From contig JAUNGW010000001.1 of assembly GCA_030524245.1 (NCBI GenBank), positions 1-56,907 on the forward strand: a DNA stretch of 56,907 nt, given 5' to 3'. Origin of the DNA: Eubacteriales bacterium. GTDB lineage: Bacteria > Bacillota > Clostridia > Lachnospirales > Lachnospiraceae. This document shows positions 47,863 through 56,907 of the stretch, one piece after another. How positions within the stretch are numbered: the stretch's first letter is position 1; the number at the start of each line of letters is the position of its first letter. The notes beneath the pieces are model-generated. The model was not told the origin of the DNA, searched no databases, and worked only from the letters and a program-made list of their open reading frames with translations. Position numbers and translations under genes: made by a program.

Positions 47863-47891
47863 ACTTTACCAGAATGTGGGGGGAAAAGCAA
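47863..47891 (-). promoter_or_regulatory. Sigma-A promoter of DUF1292-proS
   Basis: TTGCTT-N17-TAAAGT with TGn. Confidence 0.5.
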
Positions 47892-47919
47892 GTGAAACCT
47901 TTTTATAAACAGTCCTTTT

Positions 47920-47966
47920 TACAATAAATATTATGTATTGACATTACACAATATTTATTGTATTCT
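47920..47966 (+). promoter_or_regulatory. TA promoter with inverted-repeat operator
   Basis: TACAATAAATATTATGTA (47920-37) and TACACAATATTTATTGTA (47945-62) match 17/18 as an inverted repeat and flank TTGACA; -10 TATTCT at N17. Confidence 0.8.
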
Positions 47967-48006
47967 ATAATCAGCTTCTGCTCTTTGCCTGCAGGTAATC
48001 ATACAA

Positions 48007-48342
48007 ATGAATCTCAAACCATACCTCACGCACAGCGGACGGGATGTTATCATGAATTATATCAACCGTCTCCCACTTGACGAAAAAATTGATGGTCTTG
48101 ATGTCTTGCAGCAAATGCAATATGGAAACTTTGACAGCATCTATACCAAATCATGGGAGGGAAATATTAAGGAAGCGTATTTTTACAAACACAATCGGAT
48201 CTTCTACTTCATCGCTGATGGCGAAAATATCTATTTGCTCCACGCATGCAGGAAGCAAAAAAACAAAACAGAGAAACGAGATGCCGATATTGTGCGAAAA
48301 AGAGCCAAAGAACTGCAGGCTTTCCTGAAAAGCGGCAAATAG
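48007..48342 (+). CDS. RelE/ParE-superfamily toxin (HigB/Gp49-like)
   Basis: 111 aa; NRIFYF, IYLLHACRKQKNKT..RD....KR motifs; toxin-first order. Confidence 0.82.
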   Translation: MNLKPYLTHSGRDVIMNYINRLPLDEKIDGLDVLQQMQYGNFDSIYTKSWEGNIKEAYFYKHNRIFYFIADGENIYLLHACRKQKNKTEKRDADIVRKRAKELQAFLKSGK

Positions 48343-48626
48343 TCCTGCTGAATCATCCATAGAGTTACAATCAGAAAATCACTACAAGATTACATAGATG
48401 CCAGGGTCAAAAGACTTTTGCCCCTGATATCTTACATACTTTAAATTGAAAGGGCACACGGCAGGATTTTCTTCTGCCTGCCTCACGTATATGTGCCGAT
48501 GAGAATAAAAGAAAATGATGAATAATATCATAAATTACAAAGGAAATATGGATAATTCTATTCAAAAAGATACAAAATCCAACACTGTTACACTCCAACA
48601 TTCAATTCAGAAAAGAGGTGAGAGCA

Positions 48627-48926
48627 ATGCCGTTCAGTAAAGTACTAAACATTAACAAAATCATAGAAAGTGAGAAGGCAAACGACCCGGACTTTTCCAA
48701 ATCCTGGGATGAAAGCAGAAGCGAGTACCGCCTGCTGCACGACATTGTGCGGGAGCGGAAAGCGCTCCACCTCAGTCAAACGGAACTGGCCCGGCGTATG
48801 GGCTGTCGCCAGCAGGATATCTCCAGCTTTGAGCGAAAAGCCCACCGCCCGTCCTTTCATTTCGTCTGCCATCTGATAGACAGCATGGGCTATGAACTTA
48901 TCTTAAAAAAGAAATCCGCCCCTTAA
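48627..48926 (+). CDS. XRE-family HTH antitoxin (HigA-like)
   Basis: DPDFSKSWDE, RK...LSQTELARRMGCRQQDISSFER; RBS GAGGTG. Confidence 0.82.
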   Translation: MPFSKVLNINKIIESEKANDPDFSKSWDESRSEYRLLHDIVRERKALHLSQTELARRMGCRQQDISSFERKAHRPSFHFVCHLIDSMGYELILKKKSAP

Positions 48927-49447
48927 TACTCAATCCCTTCTCTGGCCCCCACTCCCCTCTCAAAGGGATGCTTCACCGCCCGGATCTCCGACACATAATC
49001 CGCCAGCTCCACCAGCCTGGCGGACGGGTTTCTTCCGGTAAGAACCACCTCCAGGCTCTCCGGACGGCAGCGCAAAAATTCTGTCAGCTGCTCCTCCGGC
49101 ACCAGACCGCTGCCCACAGCGCCCAGGATTTCATCCAGAATCAGCAGATCCCACTGTCCGGAAAGAGCCTGGATGCAGGCGTCAGACAGTCTTTTTCTGT
49201 AATACTCTGAAGCCTCCCTCTTCTGTGCCTCTGACATCTGAAACGTAAATCCAAAGGATTTTTCACAGGGAACCACGCATATCCCCGGAATCCTCCGCAT
49301 CGCCGGTACCTCGCCGGAATCCTCCGTCTTCAGAAAACGAACGATCAAAACCCGCAGTCCGCGGCCTGCTGCCCGCACCGCCAGTCCCACAGCAGCGGAG
49401 GTTTTTCCCTTGCCGTCCCCGCAGTAAATATGCACGTATCCCTTCAT
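48923..49447 (-). CDS. cobO: Cob(I)yrinic acid a,c-diamide adenosyltransferase (CobO/BtuR)
   Basis: HIYCGDGKGKTSAA, LILDE, VLTGR and KHPF...AREGIEY motifs. Confidence 0.92.
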   Translation of the reverse strand: MKGYVHIYCGDGKGKTSAAVGLAVRAAGRGLRVLIVRFLKTEDSGEVPAMRRIPGICVVPCEKSFGFTFQMSEAQKREASEYYRKRLSDACIQALSGQWDLLILDEILGAVGSGLVPEEQLTEFLRCRPESLEVVLTGRNPSARLVELADYVSEIRAVKHPFERGVGAREGIEY

Positions 49448-51303
49448 GCCTTTCCCTCCAGCATATATTCGTCAATAAACCGCGACCGCTCCTGCTGCTT
49501 TCCATACCGTTCCTTCGTATAGCAGACGTGGAGCCTGTCCTTCGCCCTGGTCATAGCCACGTAAAACATCCTCCGTTCCTCCTCCAGATCCGCGTCCAGC
49601 ACCGCCTTATGGTGAGGCGTTACCCGCTCATTGGCGTCCAGAATATACACAATGGGAAATTCCAGCCCCTTGGCGCTGTGCATGGTCATCAGGCTTACAC
49701 AGTCCAGATCTCCCTTTTCCCGCTCCATGGTCTGGCGGCTCAGCTGTTCCTTATACTCCTGCATGTGCTCCGTCCACTGCGCCATGTCCCGGAAACCGGC
49801 CGCGCTCTCCTGCAGCTGATCCGCCACCTGTAAAAGCTCCTCCGGCTTCATCCGGCGGTACTGGGCATATTCCTTCAGATAGTCATCATATCCCACGGCC
49901 TTCCGTATGTAATTAACCGCCGCCACCGGAGCCATTTTCCTGATCATCTTCAGATCATACTCCAGCTGCTCGATCCGCTCCACCATCCAGCCCTTGTCCT
50001 GATACCAGGATTTCACTCCGTCCCAGGAAATGATCTGCCCTTCCAGCGCGTCCCGGCTGACAAACCGCTTCGGCCGGTTGATGATCCGAAGCGCGTCCTC
50101 CCGTTTCGCCTGCCGGCGGGACGCCAGCTCATCCTGCGCCACCCGGATATAGGCCAGCAGATCCTGCGCTATCCAGTGCTCGTAAATATTCGGCAGCGCA
50201 TCCCGCATCCGGAAGGGAATATTGTACTCCATCAGCCGCTCCGTCAAAAGCCGCGGCTCCATGCTGGTCCGGTAAAGCACCGCAATATCGGACAGATGAT
50301 ACCCCATCCGCACATAGTCCTGGATTTCCTCCACAATGCCCTTTGTCTCTGCCATACCGTCCGCCCAGGCCGCCGTGGCCACCGGACGCCCGGGACCGCG
50401 AAATGCGCTGATTTCCTTGTCAAAGCGCATTTTATTCTTCCGGATCAGACGGCCGGCCGCCTCCACAATCGTGGACGCAGACCGGTAATTGATTCCCAGA
50501 AGCGTCCTCTTCGCCGCCGGATAATCCTTCTCAAATCCCAGCATAATCTCCGGCTTCGCTCCCCGGAACCGGTAAATAGACTGATCATCGTCCCCGACAA
50601 TAAACAGGTTGTTATCCGGCGCAGCCAGCATTTTCACAATCTCATACTGAACCCGGTTGATGTCCTGGAACTCATCGATCAGAATATACCGGTACTTCTG
50701 CTGCCATGCCGCCAGAATGTCCTTTCTCTGCGTAAACAGCTCATAGCACATCACCAGCATATCGTCAAAATCAAGAAGTCCCTTCTGAGACAACGCCCGG
50801 TCATAGCCCTGATACAGCTTCTTAAACATCTCCTCTGAACAGTTTTTTGAATAGTAATGCTCCAGGCTCATCATCTCGCCCTTGACCATGCTGATCTCCG
50901 ACAGAATCGAGGAAATAAATTCATTTTCATCCTCAACGTCCATATGATACCGGTCCACCAGCTCCCTGATTACCCGCACCCGCTGCTCCTCCCGGACAAT
51001 ATTGGAGGCGTCATAGCGGTAAGCATGCTTTAAAATGCTGAAAAATACCGCGTGGAAGGTGCCGAAGGAAACCGGCAGCGTCCTTCCCTCCATCAGCTTC
51101 TGGAAGCGCTGCTTCATTTCCATGGCCGCGGCCTTCGTAAAGGTAATCACCAGGATGCTTCCCGGCTCCACCCCGTACTCCTCCACCAGGCATTTCACCC
51201 GGTGGGTAATCACCGTGGTCTTTCCGGAGCCCGGCCCGGCCAGCACCATCATCGGACCTTTAAAATGCCGGATCGCCTGCAGCTGCGTCTCGTGAAACGC
51301 CAT
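49444..51303 (-). CDS. UvrD/PcrA-family SF1A helicase (short form without the C-terminal PcrA domain)
   Basis: AGPGSGKT, DEFQD, VGDDDQSIYRFRGA, TMHSAKGLEF and EERRMFYVAMTRAK motifs. Confidence 0.93.
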   Translation of the reverse strand: MAFHETQLQAIRHFKGPMMVLAGPGSGKTTVITHRVKCLVEEYGVEPGSILVITFTKAAAMEMKQRFQKLMEGRTLPVSFGTFHAVFFSILKHAYRYDASNIVREEQRVRVIRELVDRYHMDVEDENEFISSILSEISMVKGEMMSLEHYYSKNCSEEMFKKLYQGYDRALSQKGLLDFDDMLVMCYELFTQRKDILAAWQQKYRYILIDEFQDINRVQYEIVKMLAAPDNNLFIVGDDDQSIYRFRGAKPEIMLGFEKDYPAAKRTLLGINYRSASTIVEAAGRLIRKNKMRFDKEISAFRGPGRPVATAAWADGMAETKGIVEEIQDYVRMGYHLSDIAVLYRTSMEPRLLTERLMEYNIPFRMRDALPNIYEHWIAQDLLAYIRVAQDELASRRQAKREDALRIINRPKRFVSRDALEGQIISWDGVKSWYQDKGWMVERIEQLEYDLKMIRKMAPVAAVNYIRKAVGYDDYLKEYAQYRRMKPEELLQVADQLQESAAGFRDMAQWTEHMQEYKEQLSRQTMEREKGDLDCVSLMTMHSAKGLEFPIVYILDANERVTPHHKAVLDADLEEERRMFYVAMTRAKDRLHVCYTKERYGKQQERSRFIDEYMLEGKA

Positions 51304-51366
51304 ATTCCGTCTCCTCCTTCTCTGCTTTTCTCTCCTGCCGGAAAACTGCGCCATTCGCCGCAAGAC

Positions 51367-51399
51367 AAAAGAAAGAGTCCGCCTCTGCAGACTCCTTCT
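51367..51399 (-). terminator. Terminator-like hairpin after gltX
   Basis: AGAAAGAGTC...GACTCCTTCT stem with a U-tract on the minus strand. Confidence 0.55.
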
Positions 51400-51424
51400 C
51401 CTTCGTAATATCCCGTTCTCAGCC

Positions 51425-52882
51425 TCACAGCTGATTGCTCAGAAGCTCAATTCCCCTGCGGATCCGCGCCAGAGATTCCTCTTTTCCAAGCACCTCCATA
51501 ATCTCCGTGGCGCCGGCCGGCGTCATCTGTCTGCCGGACACAGCCGTGCGGATCGGCCACATCACGAAGCCGGTCTTGTATCCCTTCTCAGATACGTATG
51601 CAGACAGGCTCCCGTAGAGGGCATCATTGGAGAAATCCTCCTGCGCCTCCAGAATCGGCAGCACATCCCTTAACACCTCCAGGGAATTCTCACTGTTGGT
51701 CTTCATCTTCTTGTGAGTATACATGGCCGTATCGTACTCCGGCAGCTTCTCAAAGAAATCAATATGATCCGCAATATCCGGGAAAATCTCGATTCTGGTT
51801 TTTACCATGGCAGCGATCTTCTTAAGATCCAGATCCTTCGTGATCACCCGGCGGATGTAGGGCTCCGCCATATGGTAGAACTTATCAAAATCCATGGCCT
51901 TTAAGTACTCGCCGTTCATCCATTTCAGCTTCACAATGTCAAATACCGCGGGAGATTTGCTGATATTGTGATAATCAAAGGCCTCAACCAGCTCCGGCAG
52001 GGAGAATATCTCCCGGTTGTCCACCGGAGACCAGCCAAGCAGCGCCACGTAGTTTACCACAGCCTCCGACACAAAGCCCTGCTCAATCAGATCCTCAAAG
52101 GAGGAATGTCCGCTTCTCTTGGACAGCTTCTTGTGAAACTCATCCGTAATCAGCGGGCAGTGCACATATACCGGCACCTCCCAGCCGAAAGCGTCATAAA
52201 GACGGTTGTACTTCGGAGATGAGGACAGATATTCATTGCCCCGCACAACATGCGTGATGCCCATAAGGTGATCGTCCACCACATTTGCAAAATTGTAGGT
52301 GGGATAGCCGTCGGACTTGATCAGCACCATATCGTCCAGCTCTGAGTTGTCCACTGTAATATCCCCGTAAATCTCATCATGGAAGGTAGTTGTCCCCTCC
52401 GTGGGATTATTCTGACGGATCACATAAGGCATCCCCGCGGCCAGGTTCGCCTCTACCTCCTCCCTGGACAAATGCAGGCAGTGCTTGTCATAGCTCATGA
52501 TCTCCTCGCCGTTCACCACGGTCTTTAAGGATTCCAGACGCTCCTGGGTGCAGAAGCAGTAATACGCCTCGCCCTTCTCGATCAGCTTCTTCGCGTATTC
52601 CAGATAAATGCCGGCCTTCTGTCTCTCGCTCTGCACGTAGGGGCCGCAGCCGCCGTCCTTGTCCGGACCCTCGTCATGAATCAGGCCGGTCTCCTCAAGG
52701 GTCCGGTAAATGATCTCCGTTGCGCCCTCCACATACCGCTCCTGGTCTGTATCTTCAATGCGCAGCAGGAAATCTCCGCCCTCATGCTTCGCGATTAGGT
52801 AGGCATACAGCGCCGTTCTTAAGTTGCCCACATGCATCCGGCCGGTGGGGCTGGGCGCGTAACGGGTTCTGATCTTCATCAT
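51425..52882 (-). CDS. gltX: Glutamate-tRNA ligase
   Basis: [22 protein letters not shown] Zn motif and KLSKR. Confidence 0.97.
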   Translation of the reverse strand: MMKIRTRYAPSPTGRMHVGNLRTALYAYLIAKHEGGDFLLRIEDTDQERYVEGATEIIYRTLEETGLIHDEGPDKDGGCGPYVQSERQKAGIYLEYAKKLIEKGEAYYCFCTQERLESLKTVVNGEEIMSYDKHCLHLSREEVEANLAAGMPYVIRQNNPTEGTTTFHDEIYGDITVDNSELDDMVLIKSDGYPTYNFANVVDDHLMGITHVVRGNEYLSSSPKYNRLYDAFGWEVPVYVHCPLITDEFHKKLSKRSGHSSFEDLIEQGFVSEAVVNYVALLGWSPVDNREIFSLPELVEAFDYHNISKSPAVFDIVKLKWMNGEYLKAMDFDKFYHMAEPYIRRVITKDLDLKKIAAMVKTRIEIFPDIADHIDFFEKLPEYDTAMYTHKKMKTNSENSLEVLRDVLPILEAQEDFSNDALYGSLSAYVSEKGYKTGFVMWPIRTAVSGRQMTPAGATEIMEVLGKEESLARIRRGIELLSNQL

Positions 52883-52937
52883 GGTATTGGAATCTCCTTT
52901 TATTATAAAAATGTCAAATTTTTGCATTCGCGTTACC

Positions 52938-52966
52938 ATTATATACCATGGCTCCGGAAATGAAAA
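52938..52966 (-). promoter_or_regulatory. Sigma-A promoter of gltX
   Basis: TTTTCA-N17-TATAAT. Confidence 0.55.
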
Positions 52967-52972
52967 GTCTTT

Positions 52973-54304
52973 TTACGCCAGACTGTAGTTCCCGTCTCCA
53001 TCCCCGCGGATGGCAGAAGAAAACAGTACCCTGGCCGCCTCGATCAGGTACGCGGTATCCCTGCTCCCCGCCGTCTCGCAGCAGGAGTGCATGGCCAGCT
53101 GGGGCAGTCCGATATCCACCGTATTCACCGCCACCTGATTGCCGGAAATATTCCCCAGCGTGGAACCGCCCAGAATATCGGAGCGGTTGTGGAAAGTCTG
53201 GAACGGAACCCCCGCCTTCCTGCAGAGCGCCTTGAACACAGCGCCGGAAACGGCGTCCGTGGTATATTTCTGGTTGGCGCTGTACTTGATCACAATGCCT
53301 TCGTTCAGGTAAGGACGGTTGGTCGGATCTGCCTTATCCGGCTGGTTCGGATGAACACCATGGGCGTTGTCCGCGGATACCATAAAGCTGGATGCAAGCG
53401 CAGTCAGATACTCCTCCTCCGTCCGTCCCATGGCCCCGTTGATCCGATGCAGCACGTCCTTTAAGAAGGTTGACGCCGCTCCCTGCTTCGTGCTGCTGCC
53501 CACCTCCTCATTGTCAAGAACACAGTGAACCGCCACGCTCTCCTTCGGCTCCGCCGCCAGAAAGCCCTTCAGAGAGGCAAAGGCGCACTGCAGGTCGTCC
53601 AGATGGGGACTGCAGATATACTCCCCGTCCAGTCCCACCACCGTACCCTTCATCCGGCTGTACAAAAACAGATCCGTGTCAAGAATATCCTCTGCTTTCA
53701 CACCTGCCTCCCTGGCAATCATGGAAAGGAAGGTGCCTCTGGCCTCCTCCCGTCCGCCGCAAAACAGCGGAAGCATGTCCTTCTGGGCATTGAACGCATA
53801 GCCTTCATTGACCTGGCGGTTCATATGAATTGCCAGGTTCGGAATCACCAGAAGATCCCGGTCCACGCAGATCAGCCTCGTGGCCACGCCATCCGCCGTC
53901 TGCACCACAATCCGCCCGGCCACAGACAGCGGTCTGTCCATCCATGGCGAATAGATCATGCCGCCGTACTTCTCCACGTTCAGCTTCACATAATGGTTCT
54001 CCACCTGAATCTCCGCGTTGGACTTGATCTTAAACACCGGAGAATCACTGTGGCTGGCCATAATCTGAAAACCGGCAAAATCCTTTTTCGGAATCCGAAA
54101 CGCGATCAGCGCCGAGTCGTTTCTCGTCACGAAGTACCCCTTCCCCGTCTCAAGCTTCCACCTCTGTCCCTCCAGAAGCCGGATAAAGCCGGCCTCCTCC
54201 AGCATCGTCTTCATATTCGCCGCCGCGTGGAAGCTGCTGGGACTTCCGTCCAGAAACGCAAGAAGCTCCTGGTTTGTTTTTTCAAAATTCAGCTGCTCAC
54301 TCAT
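52973..54304 (-). CDS. M18 family aminopeptidase
   Basis: SHSDSP, IPNLAIH, LDD, DNEEVGS, SADNAH and LAMHS motifs. Confidence 0.93.
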   Translation of the reverse strand: MSEQLNFEKTNQELLAFLDGSPSSFHAAANMKTMLEEAGFIRLLEGQRWKLETGKGYFVTRNDSALIAFRIPKKDFAGFQIMASHSDSPVFKIKSNAEIQVENHYVKLNVEKYGGMIYSPWMDRPLSVAGRIVVQTADGVATRLICVDRDLLVIPNLAIHMNRQVNEGYAFNAQKDMLPLFCGGREEARGTFLSMIAREAGVKAEDILDTDLFLYSRMKGTVVGLDGEYICSPHLDDLQCAFASLKGFLAAEPKESVAVHCVLDNEEVGSSTKQGAASTFLKDVLHRINGAMGRTEEEYLTALASSFMVSADNAHGVHPNQPDKADPTNRPYLNEGIVIKYSANQKYTTDAVSGAVFKALCRKAGVPFQTFHNRSDILGGSTLGNISGNQVAVNTVDIGLPQLAMHSCCETAGSRDTAYLIEAARVLFSSAIRGDGDGNYSLA

Positions 54305-54329
54305 AATCTGTCAATCCTTTCTTCACCAG

Positions 54330-54947
54330 TCATTTATTATCCGGAAATCTGTCAAGAACCGCCCTCAGACGCGCAAAATCCCCATCCGAAAAAACGCAGC
54401 CGTCCATGCCGCAGGCAGCCGCTCCCTGGATGTTCAGCGGCTGGTCATCGATAAAGAAGCACTCCTCCGGCTTTAAACCGAACCGTTCAAACAAATGTCC
54501 GTACATCTCCTTCTGCGGCTTCATGCACCGCACCTCCGCCGAAAACAAAATCCCGTCGAAGCAGTCCACCGCCGGAATTACCTCCCGGTAACAGGCAGGC
54601 AGCCGCAGGGACGCATTGGAGCAAAGATAAATTCCAAATCCTCTGGCCTTTAAGGAGCGGACCAGCTCCTCTGCGCCGGGAAGCTTCCACATACAGTACT
54701 TATGCCAGTTTTCCATGCACAAAACTGCCGCTCCCCGCAGTCTTTCCGGCAGTCTGGCACACATCTGCCGCACCGCCTGATCCTCCGGAATCACGCCCAT
54801 ATCAAGAAGCACCCACTCCGGCGATACAAACACCGCCGTATGAACCAGCTGCCTGTCCTCCTCATCCTCCAGGAAATGCTCACAGGCCCGCATACCATCG
54901 TAGCCCACCAGCACCTTTCCCATGTCAAATACAATATTTTTAATCAC
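54330..54947 (-). CDS. HAD-family phosphatase (YihX-like)
   Basis: FDMGKVL, LCSN, KP and FIDD motifs. Confidence 0.88.
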   Translation of the reverse strand: MIKNIVFDMGKVLVGYDGMRACEHFLEDEEDRQLVHTAVFVSPEWVLLDMGVIPEDQAVRQMCARLPERLRGAAVLCMENWHKYCMWKLPGAEELVRSLKARGFGIYLCSNASLRLPACYREVIPAVDCFDGILFSAEVRCMKPQKEMYGHLFERFGLKPEECFFIDDQPLNIQGAAACGMDGCVFSDGDFARLRAVLDRFPDNK

Positions 54948-55034
54948 GTTTTCTCCGCCTCCAAAAATGAAATTCCAGTCTTATTCTAACACAGCGCAGG
55001 GAAAAATGGAACCGCCCTCAGCCCGGACATTGCG

Positions 55035-55063
55035 TTGACTTTTGAACAAATTCATACTATAAT
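55035..55063 (+). promoter_or_regulatory. Sigma-A promoter of TetR with a small dyad in the spacer
   Basis: TTGACT-N17-TATAAT; TGAA-caaa-TTCA at 55043-55054. Confidence 0.72.
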
Positions 55064-55156
55064 GCGCATATTGCATCAAACGCGCCGTTCTCCATATTTC
55101 TATAAGCGTATCGTTTGATCCTGGTATCATATTTTGCAGGAAAGGCAGGAATTATC

Positions 55157-55747
55157 GTGGAAAATAAAAAAACAGACCGGAGAGTCCGCAGAACCCGGAA
55201 AATGTTAAAGGACAGTCTGATCTCCCTGATGCAGGAAAAGGAATTTGAGAATATCTCTGTTAAGGATGTGACCGAACGGGCTGATTTAAACCGGGGCACC
55301 TTTTATCTTCACTATCAGGACACCCATCAGCTGCTTGCAGACATCGAGGAGGAGGCCCTGGAGCAGTTCCGGGAAATGCTGAACCGCTGCCGGGAAGCTC
55401 CGCAGAAGGGTTCTCTGATGCCTATGCTGGTGCCTCTCATCGACTACGTAAGCGAGAACGCCGACATCTGCCGGATCCTGTTCCGCAACAGCGCGGCCAT
55501 TGATTTCACCAAGCGCCTTCAGGCGCAGATCAACGAAACCGGACGCGAAATCCTGGAGCCCCTGTTTCCGGAGGCAGGAAATCCGACTGACGAATACTTT
55601 TTTGAATTTATCACCAGCGGGCTTATCGCCCTCATGGCAAGATGGCTGAACTCCGGCCGCAGCATCTCCAGAGAACAGCTGGCCGACATCGCCGACAAAG
55701 CCGTCCTTGGAACAGCCCGGTCCGTATTTAAGGGAGACGAAAAGTAA
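55157..55747 (+). CDS. TetR/AcrR-family regulator
   Basis: DRRVRRT...ISVKDVTERADLNRGTFYLHY; GTG start. Confidence 0.92.
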   Translation: MENKKTDRRVRRTRKMLKDSLISLMQEKEFENISVKDVTERADLNRGTFYLHYQDTHQLLADIEEEALEQFREMLNRCREAPQKGSLMPMLVPLIDYVSENADICRILFRNSAAIDFTKRLQAQINETGREILEPLFPEAGNPTDEYFFEFITSGLIALMARWLNSGRSISREQLADIADKAVLGTARSVFKGDEK

Positions 55748-55753
55748 GCTCCT

Positions 55754-56812
55754 TTATGTTCTGTAACCATTCAGCACGTTCCAGAGTCCCGGAAGAAAAC
55801 GGCGGAGCGCCCTGCCCAGCCCTGAGCTGATTGCCAGCACCAGCACCGGCATCACAAGAAACAGCGCATACGGTTCCCACAGGGTCACATGAAAAACCAT
55901 GGAAAACGCCTTGTTGATAAAGCGGACAAAGGCGAAATGCGTGGCGTACAGGAAAAAATTGTGGCACATAAATTCTCTGGCCGCCGGAAGACGCTCCCCC
56001 GGAACCATAAGCCACAGCCCGGCCACAGCCAGCATCCGGCAGAGCACAAAGCCGGGAATCACTGCATGTGACAGTCCCCAGTTGTAAGTCCACACAGCTG
56101 CCGCCGCCATAAGTGCGCCAAGAACGGCTCCCCTGACGCTCCAGGCCTCCTCCGCCATGCCGGAGGGAGCCGGCTTCACCGCCGAGACAGTTTCCGAGCC
56201 CAGCGCCAGCGCCGCGGCCGTGCTGTAATAAAGCAGCGCGTCCCCGTTGACCAGCGGCAGAGAAAGCTCCAGCTCAATAATCACCCACAGGCCGGTTAAG
56301 AGCAGAACTCTGCTCCAGACACGCCGGAGAATCACATAAAGAACCGGCGCCAGCGCCGTCAGAAGGATCAGCTGGTACAGATACCAGAACACATAATTGT
56401 ACCGGTAATTGACTACCGCGTCCGTCAGCGCATGAAGGCTCACAGGCACAACGCCCTTTCCCACCACCTCTGATATCCCGGGAATTCTGCTTCCAATCAC
56501 ATATCCCGCATAGTAAATAAAATTCCACAGAATAAACGGCACAATCAGACTGCGGATACGACGGTTCCACTTCCCCTGCAGCTTTGCCCAGGTGAAATCT
56601 CTGTAAAACAGATATCCGGAAATCATAAAAAATCCCGGCACCGCAATCTGCCCCCAGGCTTCCCCAATTCTGTGCTCCGCCCGGTATACAATGGCCATGT
56701 CGCCGGTCAGACCCAGAAAAAGCTGCGCATTGTAGGAGTGCACCCAGATCACCAGCAGGCTGAACACAAAGGAGAACCATGTGACTTTGTTGCGAAACTG
56801 TGCTTCAGTCAT
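55754..56812 (-). CDS. Acyltransferase-3 family membrane protein
   Basis: LVIWVHS, AVPGFFMISGYLF, RIRSLIVPF and FWYL motifs. Confidence 0.85.
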   Translation of the reverse strand: MTEAQFRNKVTWFSFVFSLLVIWVHSYNAQLFLGLTGDMAIVYRAEHRIGEAWGQIAVPGFFMISGYLFYRDFTWAKLQGKWNRRIRSLIVPFILWNFIYYAGYVIGSRIPGISEVVGKGVVPVSLHALTDAVVNYRYNYVFWYLYQLILLTALAPVLYVILRRVWSRVLLLTGLWVIIELELSLPLVNGDALLYYSTAAALALGSETVSAVKPAPSGMAEEAWSVRGAVLGALMAAAAVWTYNWGLSHAVIPGFVLCRMLAVAGLWLMVPGERLPAAREFMCHNFFLYATHFAFVRFINKAFSMVFHVTLWEPYALFLVMPVLVLAISSGLGRALRRFLPGLWNVLNGYRT

Positions 56813-56907
56813 AACGGTCCTCCTTTCATTGTCAAAAATCCTCCTGCAAGCGAGCTTGCGTCGGATTTTTCCTCCCTCTGCTTCTTATGATACCGGATTG
56901 CTCCGCG

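Noticed and set aside
1-56907. CRISPR array, tRNA/rRNA, IS, integrase or invertible switch
   Set aside because: No regularly spaced repeats, RNA-gene signatures, transposase or recombinase ORFs, or long terminal inverted repeats were seen by eye. Small tRNAs or ncRNAs cannot be fully excluded without a scan.

Overview
A 56.9-kb window from a spore-forming Firmicute. Gene content and order resemble Lachnospiraceae/Clostridia, which is an inference from the proteins and not a database result. There are three blocks. (1) About 1-15.2 kb is an accessory-looking array of six LysR-type regulators (LTTRs) around two complete Gram-positive tripartite tricarboxylate transporter operons (tctCBA with lipoprotein TctC). 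One operon ends in a cytoplasmic subclass-B3-like metallo-beta-lactamase-fold hydrolase and the other in two HSL-family esterases. Three divergent promoters in this block share an identical LTTR operator geometry. (2) About 15.2-36.6 kb is a cell-wall polysaccharide locus: Wzm, RmlC, GacI/J/L-like decoration genes, two flippases, a VioA-like aminotransferase, an MBOAT+AlgJ-like O-acylation pair, an ATP-grasp enzyme, several glycosyltransferases and Glf. It is interrupted by a divergent L,D-transpeptidase. (3) About 36.7-56.9 kb is housekeeping genes (GS type III, fba, thrC, pgm, CotS-like with a sigma-E promoter, cca, proS, cobO, UvrD-like helicase, gltX, M18 peptidase, HAD, TetR, acyltransferase), with a small AT-rich HigBA-like toxin-antitoxin insert whose two genes are unusually far apart. 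No rRNA, tRNA, CRISPR array, integrase or transposase was seen. Start codons were re-called by eye from RBS position. All family calls come from motif recognition, not from searches.
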